Below, piece by piece: positions 49,358-60,306 of a stretch of 64,000 bases of DNA. The notes beneath the pieces were generated by a model. That model was not told where the DNA came from and made no database searches. It saw only the letters and a program-made list of their open reading frames with translations. This stretch comes from Craspedostauros australis (lineage: Eukaryota). Each line of letters begins with the position of its first letter. The first letter of the stretch is position 1. The stretch covers positions 1 to 64,000 of the forward strand of contig JALAGF010005593.1 of assembly GCA_030167865.1 (NCBI GenBank), read 5' to 3'. Both the position numbers and the translations under genes were made by a program.

Positions 49358-50611
49358 ATGTATACCATGCAATACAGGATTGAGCAGTCGCTGTTGCGGA
49401 CGGCAACAAGAAGGTTTTCGAATGCAGGCAGGACTGCAACGCAAAGACGGCATGGTGGACAGTACGAGGGCAAGTACACATGCGGCGGCTCCGGCGTCCG
49501 TCTTTCCTCAATGCGTTGGGCAGCCTCTCCGAGATCTGCGTCGAAGCGTTGCATCGGGGGAGGGAGGTACAGCAGGATGATGGACATGGGCGGGAGTCCG
49601 TCGGCCGCCACCGACAAGTCCAACACATTCCGTCTCAACAAGGGCAACAAGAACAACAAGCTCAAGGCTGTGGCCTTTGATTTCAGGGTGCTGACCACCT
49701 CGTGGAAGGACGAAGAGACGCAGGGACAAGGGAAGGAGCAGCAGCAGTCGCATGGGAACACTGGCAATCCAAGTGGAACCAGCAATGAGAGCAACGCCAC
49801 GTTGATAACATCAGCATCCATTAAACCGGATGCTGGCATGGTGAACAGCATCGCGTCCCTTCTCAATGTACAGATTGGAAGCCAAGATCCGACGAGCTAC
49901 AACCAAAGAAGCGAAGAGGTCAGCATCAGCAACATTGCGAATACCATCGAGACAGCAAACACACCATCCAAGACAGCCACCGCCACCAGCTCGGCATCGT
50001 CAGCTTCGCCATTGAACCAAGACATCCGCGCCAAGTACGCATCCAAGTTGAAGGGCGGCCTGGCGGGCATCGAACTGGCCAAGTCGCAGGTGGAGGAAAC
50101 GGTGCAGCGTGGTGACGCGGCCGGTCACATGGCAGCGCGCAAGATCGTCGCAGGAACCGCGGCATCGTCATCCACGCCCAAGTGGATGGCACTGTCGGGA
50201 ACGGGCAAGCTGCTGGGGTACTTGAGCAACCGATCCATTCACATTGCGCTGTTACCTGGTGATCCGACGTCCGATCAGGTTGATCCGCAGATGCATTACT
50301 TGAGCAAGCAGATGAAGGACATCGTCATCGATCTGGTGCTGGATGCGGAACAATCCGCGTCACAGACCGTCACGTCCTTGGAAGGGAAGCTACCGAAGGA
50401 CGTTGAGATGAGCCGCGTCATGGTGGTCAGCGATCGCGATGACTACCTGCGCGCGGCGAGAGACGCTGGCATGATCACATGTCGATTGCGCAAGCCTAAC
50501 TCGAGACGTGGCAATATCACGACGCATTATGACGTGGAAGACGTGCCACAAATCCAGGAGGTCATCGATGAGATTGCTGGCATCTCCTTCAACGCAGTGC
50601 TAAATCGGTAA
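49358..50611 (+). CDS. HAD-superfamily-like protein, probable mitochondrial presequence
   Basis: LKAVAFDF (motif I-like) and VMVVSDRDDYLRAARDAGMITC (motif IV-like); Arg-rich N-terminus. Confidence 0.75.
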   Translation: MYTMQYRIEQSLLRTATRRFSNAGRTATQRRHGGQYEGKYTCGGSGVRLSSMRWAASPRSASKRCIGGGRYSRMMDMGGSPSAATDKSNTFRLNKGNKNNKLKAVAFDFRVLTTSWKDEETQGQGKEQQQSHGNTGNPSGTSNESNATLITSASIKPDAGMVNSIASLLNVQIGSQDPTSYNQRSEEVSISNIANTIETANTPSKTATATSSASSASPLNQDIRAKYASKLKGGLAGIELAKSQVEETVQRGDAAGHMAARKIVAGTAASSSTPKWMALSGTGKLLGYLSNRSIHIALLPGDPTSDQVDPQMHYLSKQMKDIVIDLVLDAEQSASQTVTSLEGKLPKDVEMSRVMVVSDRDDYLRAARDAGMITCRLRKPNSRRGNITTHYDVEDVPQIQEVIDEIAGISFNAVLNR

Positions 50612-50778
50612 ACATCAAATGCACCCACTCTCCAGAGAGAAAGAGAGCAAACGTGTAGAGTATGTTCGTTCTTGTTCGTGCTGTCAGATTCGCAGAGAAC
50701 CATGTTAAAGAAGATTGCATGCAGAGGGCGGACTACGACTGTGACGATGTCACATTACTCGTACGTATGCACGCCACG

Positions 50779-51975
50779 TTACTTTTCGTCCATCACCCCC
50801 GAATGTTTTTGCCACCACCTAGTGGAGCACATTTCATGGATGCGACTTGCCGCACGTTGAAAGGCAAACTCAAGCTCGACCACGCTTGCCAGTGCACCGA
50901 TCGGCGCACCACCCTTCGTAGTTGCCACATCCATCCATTGCAGATCTTCATCGTCTGCAGCATCAGCATCGTCCAATCCTGTTTCGGCGCTTCCGAACGC
51001 TTGGAACAGCTTGGTCGGATCCAACGCCGTCGCACCGTCTTTTCTCATCGAGATGTCCGCATCATCCAAGCTGATCATCAGGGCGCATCTCGATTCGTAC
51101 AGTTCATCAATCAACGTGATGAATCGCCTCGCCTCGTTGTGTCGTTCCAACGTCAACGGGATGGGGATATCGGAGATGTGGACGCAAGAGAATTCTCTTC
51201 CAATCGCACGGTAGTCGTTGGCACCCAACTCGTGCTTCGTGCACAGATCATCAAATGTCATTTCGATCATGTTCAGTGATCTGTGGACGATCGGGATGGT
51301 GAGCGCTCGGTTCTGACCGATCGACAGTTCCATCGACGTGGGTTGAATCTGCGTGCTGTTGTTGGCGTTGGCGCTGGCGCATGCGTTTGTGCCTGAATGG
51401 TGAAGCAATGCTTCTACCACCGGGGCCGTGTCTTCCGTTGGCTCCGACATGAAGAACGATTGTGGCAAGTCGACCGTCGCTCTTGGTCCTGACTTTCCAT
51501 GCGGTGCTTCGACAGTGTTGCCCTCATCCGTGATCATGCGATAATCCACATCCGATCCCATCGAATGCACGATGCAATGCCGTTGCAGTAGATCAATGAA
51601 TGGCAGGAAGTAGTTACGATTCAACCCGCCTTCGTACAAATCCTGCGGTGGACGGTTGGACGTCGTCACCACCACGACGCCCTGTTGGAACAGAGTGGAA
51701 AAGAATTGGGACAGAATCATGGCATCCGCAATATCCGTCACCTGGAATTCATCGAGGCAGAGGATCGAAAGCTCTGACGCCACCTGCGATGCCACTCGAT
51801 AGATTGGATTGCTCTGTTGCCGAGTATCGATCTGAAAGCTGCGACCATGCTGCTCCAAATCTTGCTGTTTCAATCGATGGATGCGCTGGTGGATGCTGGA
51901 GAGGAAATTGTGGAAGTGGATGCGTTGGATGCGAGAATTCGCAGGAGCTTCGGAAGTGCTTTTCGATTGATCTTG

Positions 51976-52006
<31 letters not shown>

Positions 52007-52824
52007 TGCGAGACCAGCGTATCATAAAACAAATCCATCAGCATGCTCTTGCCTGTTCCGACATCGCCATGAATATACAATCCACGAGGTGTTTGCAAGG
52101 CTGGCGGTGTGGGTGGTGACGGAAGCTGAGATTGATCCCTCTGTTTCGCTTGTTCTCCTGCCATGTTGTCACTGCCATTGGCAAAGCTGTCTGCGTCTAC
52201 CTCATTGCTCGCAATGAGATCATCTTGCAGTTTGTGATACTGCAAGAGCTGGTCGGCATACTCCACCAGAGGCAAGTTGTCGTACCCCTGCAAGGCTCGC
52301 TGCAGTCGGCTCAATCGCTTGGCCACCCGCATCTGTGCATCATCTCGACGGATCGTCCCCATGGACACCATCTTCTGCATCCGATCGATCACCAATTCGG
52401 TTATTGATGATGATGCTGATGAAGAAGCGGATGCGGATGGTGGCAGATGCCGCGTCTGCTGAGCTTCTATGAGTAATTGACTCGCATTTGCATTGGATGC
52501 TCGCGACGTGCTGCCAATGCGGATGAAACTTGAAAGCAATCGACGTGAGCTCGACCGTGCAGAACAGAGCGCGTGACATGGCATGGTCGTCGGCACTGAA
52601 TGATGTGTGCTGAAACGGGCATGATGGCCTGCGCCATCCCTACCACATCCTCGCTGTGATAATTGAGAACTTCCACGCTTCTGAACGTGCCCCTCACCAC
52701 CGATGGCAGCTCCGATTCCACGCCCTGCCGAAGAGACGATACGCCGCTGTTCGTGCTGCCTCAGCCTCAAAGCGTGAATGGCAATCGAAGACAACATTGT
52801 TACTTTGTATAACAGCAGTCCCAA
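50779..52824 (-). CDS. AFG1: AFG1/LACE1/ZapE family ATPase
   Basis: PRGLYIHGDVGTGKSMLMDLF (Walker A), RIHFHNF, LCLDEFQVTDIADAMIL (Walker B), TSNRPPQDLYEGGLNR, ARRFITLIDELYE, FAFQRAASRIHEM. The true ATG may lie further downstream. Confidence 0.93.
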
Positions 52825-54337
52825 TGCGCAAGGATTGTCCTTTCGTCAGCTACAGATTACTGTCGTCGCCATCGTCGTCGTCATCGTCGTGGTCTCCGCG
52901 TTCGCCGTGGTGGCGATCCTCGATGCTCTTGTGTTCGTTGACGCCAGCTCATGTTCGTTCATCAAGTTCACATTTGGCGATTTGGATTCGGTTCTCGACA
53001 TCATCGGAATCTTGGAATGACCACATCGACTGCTTCACCTATTTGTGGTTTCGCTAGTGGAAGACAGTGTTGGGAACCCTCCACATCCCATCATTCCTTC
53101 TTGGAATCGTGTGCATGGGTACAGAGGAGAGCATAGTAGAGAGTGTGTCTCTCCTCTAATCGAAGTGCAGCCTCATCACCGCAGCATCTTGGGCAGAGAC
53201 AGAGTAATGCGAAAGGACATGCGGGTGGATGTTGCTGACATTCAAATCAATCCAATCGTGTCAAAACACGGCCGTGAACTTTGCCTGGTTTGTGACGCCA
53301 TTGCCTTGGGTCCTGAAGAGTAACATCCGCCGGCCCGGTGCATCTGTATCCATCATGCCTCATTTAAGATCGTGGATTCCATGTAGTAACCCTTTTGGGA
53401 TCTGGCCAGAGATCCATGGCTGAGAGCGGAGTAGCACGAAGCAGATGATGAACGTGTGGCGCAACGCGCTCCTTGGGTCACGCAAAGTAAAATAGTGATT
53501 TGGTTGGTTTAGCTCGTAGTCCCAACAACAAGTATTGTATAATATGTACCAGTGCGCCACCGAGTATTCTAACTCTTCCTGTGCGGTATCTTGCGATACA
53601 ATCGTCCTTGCGTGAAGAGTACACCTGTGACGACTCATCTCCTCTACTCTACTCTGGTTCGTACTCTACTCGTATTGATCTCATGGCTTCTCATCTTGGA
53701 TCTTGCGTGGTGCTTCGAAGGTGATCACGAGATGCGACACGAACCAGTATCGACCGTCTGGCCTTCGCTCCCCGCGTGTTTTATTCGTGGAAAGTGTCAC
53801 AAACCTCATCGAAGCACGATTTGAATTTGGAGATTAACCGTCGCGGCTCCGAGAAAACCGAATCATTTGTCCTCTTCCTTTTCCTTGTGTTCTTTGGTCG
53901 ATTTTGTTGACGGCGACGATGCGCACCCTCGTGATCGATGCTCGTCAACCATCAGAACTCCTTTTGTTGGCAGTGTTCGTGGCCGCCCGCCTCCACGTTT
54001 GCTCTGTTCGACGAAGGTGAGGAGATTTCGGGTACGACCGTCGAGGCAGCCACGCCGACTGTGCGGCCAGGTTCGGTTGAGCAGACCCACAGTCCAGCAA
54101 CACTCGTTTGAACACAACGCTCGTCTGATCGCAGCAACATCGCCACCGCTACGATTGCGATTCCAAGTACGATCCATTCCAGAACTACTCATTACTCATA
54201 TTATATTACTTGCTATTGCACTTGGCACACTCTCGGCGATCCATACACCAAAGATATCACAACATCACACTAAGAGACCACAAGGAGCCACAACTCATCA
54301 CAGAGCGCTACTGCCACACTGGTACAAATAGGCGACG

Positions 54338-56821
54338 ATGGGAAATCACGCCTCGCTCGACATTCAGTTCGATGCGCCTGAAGACCAAGCAAGCGTCAAC
54401 GGAGGCGTCAACGGAGGCGATGCTGCGTCCGCCGATGCAAACACGCACGTAGCAGGCAATCGGTTGAGGGGGAATGTGGTCCTGGGGGTGATGCGCCGCA
54501 AGGGCATCGCGCCGTCGAGCATCACCGTGGCATTCAACGGCAAGGAGCACACCATCGTGGGAACCCCTCGCAACACATTCCGCGATGAGCACATCTTTGT
54601 GCAGGGCACCTGCAAGCTGTCAACAGAACACCTCATCACTCATGATCGCAAGTTCCGCAGCGTTATCCCCCGTGGCGTGCATCGCATTCCCTTCTGCTTC
54701 GAGCTGCCCAGTTCTGTGCCAACCACCATCAAGTTCCCTGCCAAGTCGCGCGGCGTCAATGCTCGCATCGAATACGGTGTCAACGCGACGTACGGAGATG
54801 ACAATGCCACCATGCTACAGCACAACAAGGCCTTGTTTGCCACCAAAACGGTCGACATCCAGGCGCTGCCTGTCGCTCTGCAGGAGCGTTACCAGGCACA
54901 GCACCCGCAGGTCATCCACCCAACCACCCTCGAGTTGAAATCCTTCGGGATGATCCACCACGGTCGCATCACCTATGCGATCAACGTTGCCAAGCCGGTG
55001 GTGGCGATTGGGGACGCCCTCATGCTCGATCTCGCAATCTGGAAGGTTGCCAAGGTGCAGCTGGAGCGTGTCGAAGTCAAGATCAGCCAGTACGTTACGT
55101 ACAAGGTCACCAACGACTTCACCAAGGGCTTGGGCGAAGCAAAGGAGCACGAGCGTCAGAAGAAGAACACCATTCTGCACTGGAAGGCCATCGACCCCTA
55201 CCTTCTAGGCGACCTCGCTGTGCGTGACGAATCTATCCTCACGAACCCCACCGATGTCAACGAAACCAAGATGCAGATCGAGCAGCAGATGCTGCACGAT
55301 CTGGCCAGCCATCAGAACAAGCTCCAGATCCCCATCCCGACCGACTCTGTCCACCTGTTGGATTCCTACGAAGGTCTGCTCATGAGCATCTCCCATTCCC
55401 TAAAGGTAACCATCCATACCAAGAACGCCATGCTCAAAAATCCATCCTGCCGCATTCCAATCGAGATTGGCAAGCCATTGAGCTCGGATCAGCTGGAATC
55501 AACACCGCCGGCGGCATCGGCTCCAGAGCTGGCACCGGAAGCAGAAGTGGAAACCACACCCAATCCACCGCCATCGGCGCCGATCGCGACGGCATTGTCT
55601 GCGGAGGACACGAACGAGGCTTTGCAGGAAGCTGCTGCTGTGGCGGCCGCAGAGCAGGCGCCGAGCCGCATACCGTCCTTCCTGCGGGGCAGCAGCAGCA
55701 CTCCATCCGCTCCTGTTGACACCGTTCCGATGGCTGCGGCAGTTGTCATTGATGAGAACAATGATATCGTGTCTCCGGAAGCACCGACGGCTCCGGAAGA
55801 TGAATCGACAGTTGTTCTGGATGCCAACGCTGTCCAGGTTGAGGGCCCTGCGGATGGGCTGCTTGGGAACGTCAATGTCCGCATGAATGACAGAAGCGCG
55901 CCTCAACCAGCAACTGATGACAATGATGACGAAGATGATAATCGCATGTTCTTTGGCGCGCGATACGTCATCCCCAATGTACGGGCGACGCCAGGTTCGC
56001 CTGCCTTGTCCGATGACAACATCTCCGTCTTGACGCATGATATTCCAGAAACTCCACAGCGGAGGCCCATCACAGGCTCTGCTCGTTCTTCCTCCTCGTC
56101 GTCATCATCATCATCACCGTCGTCATCATCATCCTCTGCTTCGTCTCGGTCGCTGAACGCTCCTCCGGTTGTGCAAAGGATGGGTTCAATGTCTTCGTCC
56201 TTCAGCTCCATCCCGCCACCGGCCATGTACACCTCTCCGCAGCGAAGAGGGGCGAACGAGGAGGAGCATGAGCAACAACCCGAAGACCCGCAGCAATCCG
56301 AGCAGCCTGAGCTGGAGTCCACCGAGCACACGCAGGAGGACACTCACAGGGACAACCAAGAAAGCAATACACCAACGTTATCATCGCTTCTCGGACAGTT
56401 AGCTGCAGCGTCAGCTGCCTCGCCGGACCAATCCACGCTGCTGCAGGTTTTCCGAGGTAAGATGGAGGACCCCGGGTGGCCAAAGTTTGTGGCGAGCCTC
56501 TCGATTTCGGATTTTCAAACCATCTTGAACGCTTTCCCCATGGGCGATCGCATCGGTGCTGCCGAAGTGGTGGCGCAGCAGTTCATTCGCATGCACGAGA
56601 AGGCAACCGATGGCGACGCCAGTGGCTTGTCTCCATTCACATGCCTCCATTGCGCCGCCGCGATGCAATGCATGTCGGAGTATTGCAGAACGGACATGTT
56701 GCAGACCTTGCTGCCCTACTGCTCCGATATCAAGCAGAATCACATCATCATCCGGGAAGGCCTGTCCGATTGGGAACGCACAATCACCAACGGCATGTTT
56801 GAGGAAGTGTTGGCACAGTAG
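54338..56821 (+). CDS. Arrestin-domain protein (alpha-arrestin-like), 827 aa
   Basis: AGNRLRGNVVL, ITVAFNGKEHT, PRGVHRIPFCFELPSSVPTT, RIEYGVNA (arrestin N); DSYEGLLMSISHSLKVTI...IPIEIG (arrestin C); Pro/Ser-rich linker; helical C-terminal domain. Confidence 0.85.
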   Translation: MGNHASLDIQFDAPEDQASVNGGVNGGDAASADANTHVAGNRLRGNVVLGVMRRKGIAPSSITVAFNGKEHTIVGTPRNTFRDEHIFVQGTCKLSTEHLITHDRKFRSVIPRGVHRIPFCFELPSSVPTTIKFPAKSRGVNARIEYGVNATYGDDNATMLQHNKALFATKTVDIQALPVALQERYQAQHPQVIHPTTLELKSFGMIHHGRITYAINVAKPVVAIGDALMLDLAIWKVAKVQLERVEVKISQYVTYKVTNDFTKGLGEAKEHERQKKNTILHWKAIDPYLLGDLAVRDESILTNPTDVNETKMQIEQQMLHDLASHQNKLQIPIPTDSVHLLDSYEGLLMSISHSLKVTIHTKNAMLKNPSCRIPIEIGKPLSSDQLESTPPAASAPELAPEAEVETTPNPPPSAPIATALSAEDTNEALQEAAAVAAAEQAPSRIPSFLRGSSSTPSAPVDTVPMAAAVVIDENNDIVSPEAPTAPEDESTVVLDANAVQVEGPADGLLGNVNVRMNDRSAPQPATDDNDDEDDNRMFFGARYVIPNVRATPGSPALSDDNISVLTHDIPETPQRRPITGSARSSSSSSSSSSPSSSSSSASSRSLNAPPVVQRMGSMSSSFSSIPPPAMYTSPQRRGANEEEHEQQPEDPQQSEQPELESTEHTQEDTHRDNQESNTPTLSSLLGQLAAASAASPDQSTLLQVFRGKMEDPGWPKFVASLSISDFQTILNAFPMGDRIGAAEVVAQQFIRMHEKATDGDASGLSPFTCLHCAAAMQCMSEYCRTDMLQTLLPYCSDIKQNHIIIREGLSDWERTITNGMFEEVLAQ

Positions 56822-57925
56822 GTGTTGGTTGGAAGACAACTTGTTTGTGTGCGATGCACGGAGGAGCATGTTAATCGTCTCCCAAGAGCGCAGTAACCAC
56901 ACGAATACAGCACAATAGGCACTTTTCTTTTCCTCTCTGTCTGACTTGCTACCCGGAGGTACAACACATCCCTCAACAGCCACGCATCATGCCTTGGCAG
57001 ATTCGGTAGATGGCAACTAGTAAGACTCTAGTTTCACGGAATATGCGTGAATGAGTGAAATCGATGGGAGATGTGAATGGCCTTGCTTGTTTGATCCAGT
57101 CTCATCGTAGCCGCGCACTGTTCTGCTCCAATGTGAACTCGGTCATAGCGCTCCCGCAAACAACGCGAAGCTGTGTCGTGCAGAACTTCATCAATCATCG
57201 CGAAAGGAACATGGTCCGTCATGATCTCGTTTGGCACGATACGACTACGACTACGAGTACGACTGCAAGCACGATGATGCGGTTGGAGTTGTCGGCTAGG
57301 TCGTGTCACGACAAGCCTACGCAATAGTTATTGCATCTCTTGTCCTTGTGTAGTCTTCACACAGTTAGAGGATGGACATGTGGAGGTACAAATGCTGGCA
57401 TTGTGTCCAGCATATGCATTCTCCATGATGCTCTCCAGTTTGGTTTTGATTGCAGATGGAAATATTGTAATAAGACTAGAATGTATTATAGAATATGTTA
57501 TAATAGAGCATGTGAGACAGATCGATAGCACAGAGGAGAGATTGCTCTCCGTAGTTGCAAACACATCCACGGTGGAGCTCGATCGCGCTGTGAGCCACGA
57601 TGCACGAGGAGGGTTGGATGAATGTGGACACATCGCATCAAGACGCAACCACATGATTCCCAAAGGTGAGTGTTCGATCGTGTCGCAGTCATCGCTCGTG
57701 AATGACCGCCTTGTGAGGTTTTGAGAACGCGTATAAAGTGTACTGGCCCGTACGTGAAGAAGGAAGAAATTGGTGTGCAAAGCAGAAAACAGCGCGACAA
57801 CATGCCACCACACGCAACGATGCGAGAAAAGAGGCACAGCGGATTTGTATCCACGCTGCGAATACAGACAGAGTCCAACGAGAACGCGAAGCGAAACCAA
57901 AAGGGCGACACACAGGCAAGGCAAG

Positions 57926-57987
57926 GAGGTATCCGCAGCAGCAAGAGGTATCCGCAGCGGCAAGAGGTATCCGCAGCGGCAAGAGGT
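57926..57987. repeat. 19-bp tandem repeat (GAGGTATCCGCAGCGGCAA) x3.3
   Basis: Read directly; ~250 bp upstream of the ATG at 58237; no spacers. Confidence 0.9.
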
Positions 57988-58236
57988 GAGGCCAAAGGAA
58001 ACCAAACAAAGCCACACACCACACCACGAAGCAAAGCAAAGCAAAGCAGGGCGAAGAAACAGAGCCACCGACTCCACTCTCTTGGATTCATCTTGTCCCT
58101 CCCCTGTGAATCCAGGTGCAGATCGATACTCGAAACCCAACGATCCAAACATCACAAACATCACCACAACCAACAGTACAACCAACAGCACAACCAACGG
58201 CACAAGCATCCGAATACTCACTCGTAGGGCAACATC

Positions 58237-59892
58237 ATGGTGTCCTCCAAAGATGAGCGCGATGAAGTAGAGTATGAGCACGACGCGGAGAGCAGCAGCG
58301 AAGAAGAGGAGGACGAGTCGTCGGGAGAGGAAGAATCCGAGGAGGAGTCATCCGGAGAAGAGGAGTCGTCGGAAGAAGAGGAATCGTCCGAAGAGGAAGA
58401 ATCATCTGAGGAAGAAGAATCCGACGACGATGATGATGACGACGATGACGATGATGATGATGAGGGTGACGAGGAAGAGACCTACGCTGATCAAACGTAC
58501 AACACCGGCTACACGGATAACTACCAGGATCAGCCATCCGCGGCAGGCTACGACTTCAACGGCGATCAGAACAGCCAGTACGACAGCCAGTATGACAGCC
58601 AGTATGACAGCCAGTACGACGGCCAGTCCATGGGAGGATCCTACTACAGCAACGAGCCTCCACCGCACGGCGGCGTCCGTGGCAACGCCGGATCTCCCAT
58701 GGATCCGGCCTTCGAGGACGAGGAGGAGGCCTTCATCGATGAGCAGGACGACGAGCAGGACGACAAGGAGTACGAGAGATCCAGAAGGCGAAAGTTCATC
58801 TTCGTCATCTGCTGTTGCTGCTGCTGCCTGGTCCTCATCCTGCTGGGAGTCGCGCTCGGTATCATGTTCTCCGGGGACGACGATGACAAGGAGCCAGGCC
58901 CCACTCCCGTGCCTGTCGAGCCGTCACCAACGGACCAGCCAACGAGGATGCCCATCATCTTCCCGCCTGTTGACTTGGGCGACACTGGCGATCTGGACAT
59001 CGGGGACGGACCCTTCACCAGACGGCCCAATCCGCCGACAGTTCCACCCAGCAAGAAGCCAACAAGGAAGCCCACTCCGGCTCCGACCATCTCTCCGACT
59101 GTGTCTATGCTGCCTACCATCAGCATCCCGCCCACCTTCATCCTCGAAGCAGAGCGTGACACCATGCTACAGAACGGGTTCCTCGCCAACGACACAGCGG
59201 GCAGCAAAGAGATCTTGCAGATGCGTCACAGCCTGTCCGATGAAACGCAGGAGATGTACACCCTCATCCAGTTCGAGCTCTCCGATCTCCCTCGCCCCGT
59301 TGATCTGCTGCGTCCTCCGGTCACCAAGAAGGCAACGCTCATCCTCGCCCACGAGAAGTCCTTGGCATCCGGAAACACTCCCACCATCCAAGTCGCCAAG
59401 CATCCGCCAACACGCCTCAACATCGACTACCTCTTCTACTTCATCTACCCCGTCAAGCATGCCCTCGGCAAGAGCATCATGGGAGGCACCACAATTGTCA
59501 ATGCGGATGACGACACCATCGAGATCGACATCACCTCCTTGGTCTTCGCCTACCAGCCGCCAGAGGCCCTTTACGAAGAAGAGGAAGACCCGACGAACAT
59601 GGTGCTCGTGGTCCACTCAACCACGAACACTCCGGGAGTGTTCTTCTACAGCAAGGAGCACTCGACCGAACCGGCGCCACATATCAAGTTCGAATTTGAT
59701 CCGCTCGCTCAACCCGGAGTCGCGAATGGCGACACTGATGTCGACACCAACGGCAACGTCTTCGACAACGGTGGTACCGTGGCTGACACCGCAGCGCCAA
59801 CCGCAACTCCGGGATCGGCACAACCGAGCGGCACCGTTGGCGGTGACACCACTGAACCATCGGAGACTCCATCGGTCGGGTTCAAGTTTTAG
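58237..59892 (+). CDS. Single-pass (type II) membrane protein: acidic N-terminus, poly-Cys TM segment, Pro/Thr stalk, DNRLRE/CBM96-like C-terminal domain
   Basis: RRRKFIFVICCCCCCLVLILLGVALGIMF TM; PTxxPT stalk; LEAERDTML...YTLIQFELSDL...KATLIL...IDITSLV...FYSKE...PHIKFEF fits the DNRLRE pattern as I recall it. Confidence 0.75.
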   Translation: MVSSKDERDEVEYEHDAESSSEEEEDESSGEEESEEESSGEEESSEEEESSEEEESSEEEESDDDDDDDDDDDDDEGDEEETYADQTYNTGYTDNYQDQPSAAGYDFNGDQNSQYDSQYDSQYDSQYDGQSMGGSYYSNEPPPHGGVRGNAGSPMDPAFEDEEEAFIDEQDDEQDDKEYERSRRRKFIFVICCCCCCLVLILLGVALGIMFSGDDDDKEPGPTPVPVEPSPTDQPTRMPIIFPPVDLGDTGDLDIGDGPFTRRPNPPTVPPSKKPTRKPTPAPTISPTVSMLPTISIPPTFILEAERDTMLQNGFLANDTAGSKEILQMRHSLSDETQEMYTLIQFELSDLPRPVDLLRPPVTKKATLILAHEKSLASGNTPTIQVAKHPPTRLNIDYLFYFIYPVKHALGKSIMGGTTIVNADDDTIEIDITSLVFAYQPPEALYEEEEDPTNMVLVVHSTTNTPGVFFYSKEHSTEPAPHIKFEFDPLAQPGVANGDTDVDTNGNVFDNGGTVADTAAPTATPGSAQPSGTVGGDTTEPSETPSVGFKF

Positions 59893-60306
59893 TTAACCCA
59901 CGCACGCACCTTCCAGGGATGGATGCGCTACAACAAGCATGTGCAATGGCGAGCGGAAGGATATGGTAACACGCTGATGAAACTTCGTGACATGATAGGA
60001 GCATCCACTCTACTCCATGCTATTCAGACTCCATGCGTTCTCTGACAGACTATTCCGTGATATAAGACTACTCTGCATATTCCTCCAAGGCTCTACTCGT
60101 TCGAATCTGTCTCTACAAGGTAGGATGGAAGGCGCAGTTGCGGAGGGTTCTTTCAAAGTATTGGTACATTCGAACTGCATGTGCTCTTGTTCATACTCCT
60201 ACTCGCATTGTGCTGCCCATTCTTGACAGGGGGCACCATTGGTTCGTCCATCATGTCCTCTCATGGGATGGATTTATCGATTACATATACTATATGATTA
60301 TGCATT

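Noticed and set aside
52830..54330. Possible small spliced gene between AFG1 and the arrestin gene
   Set aside because: Candidate exons I translated hit stops quickly; no coherent model.
57926..57987. Short direct repeats here, at 16176-16225 and at 27699-27746 as CRISPR-like arrays
   Set aside because: Head-to-tail tandem units with no spacers, no cas genes and a eukaryotic context.
58274..59896. 540-aa overlapping + strand ORF and similar long alternative-frame or antisense ORFs
   Set aside because: Arg/Ser/Thr-rich shadows of real genes, produced by codon bias and low-complexity sequence.
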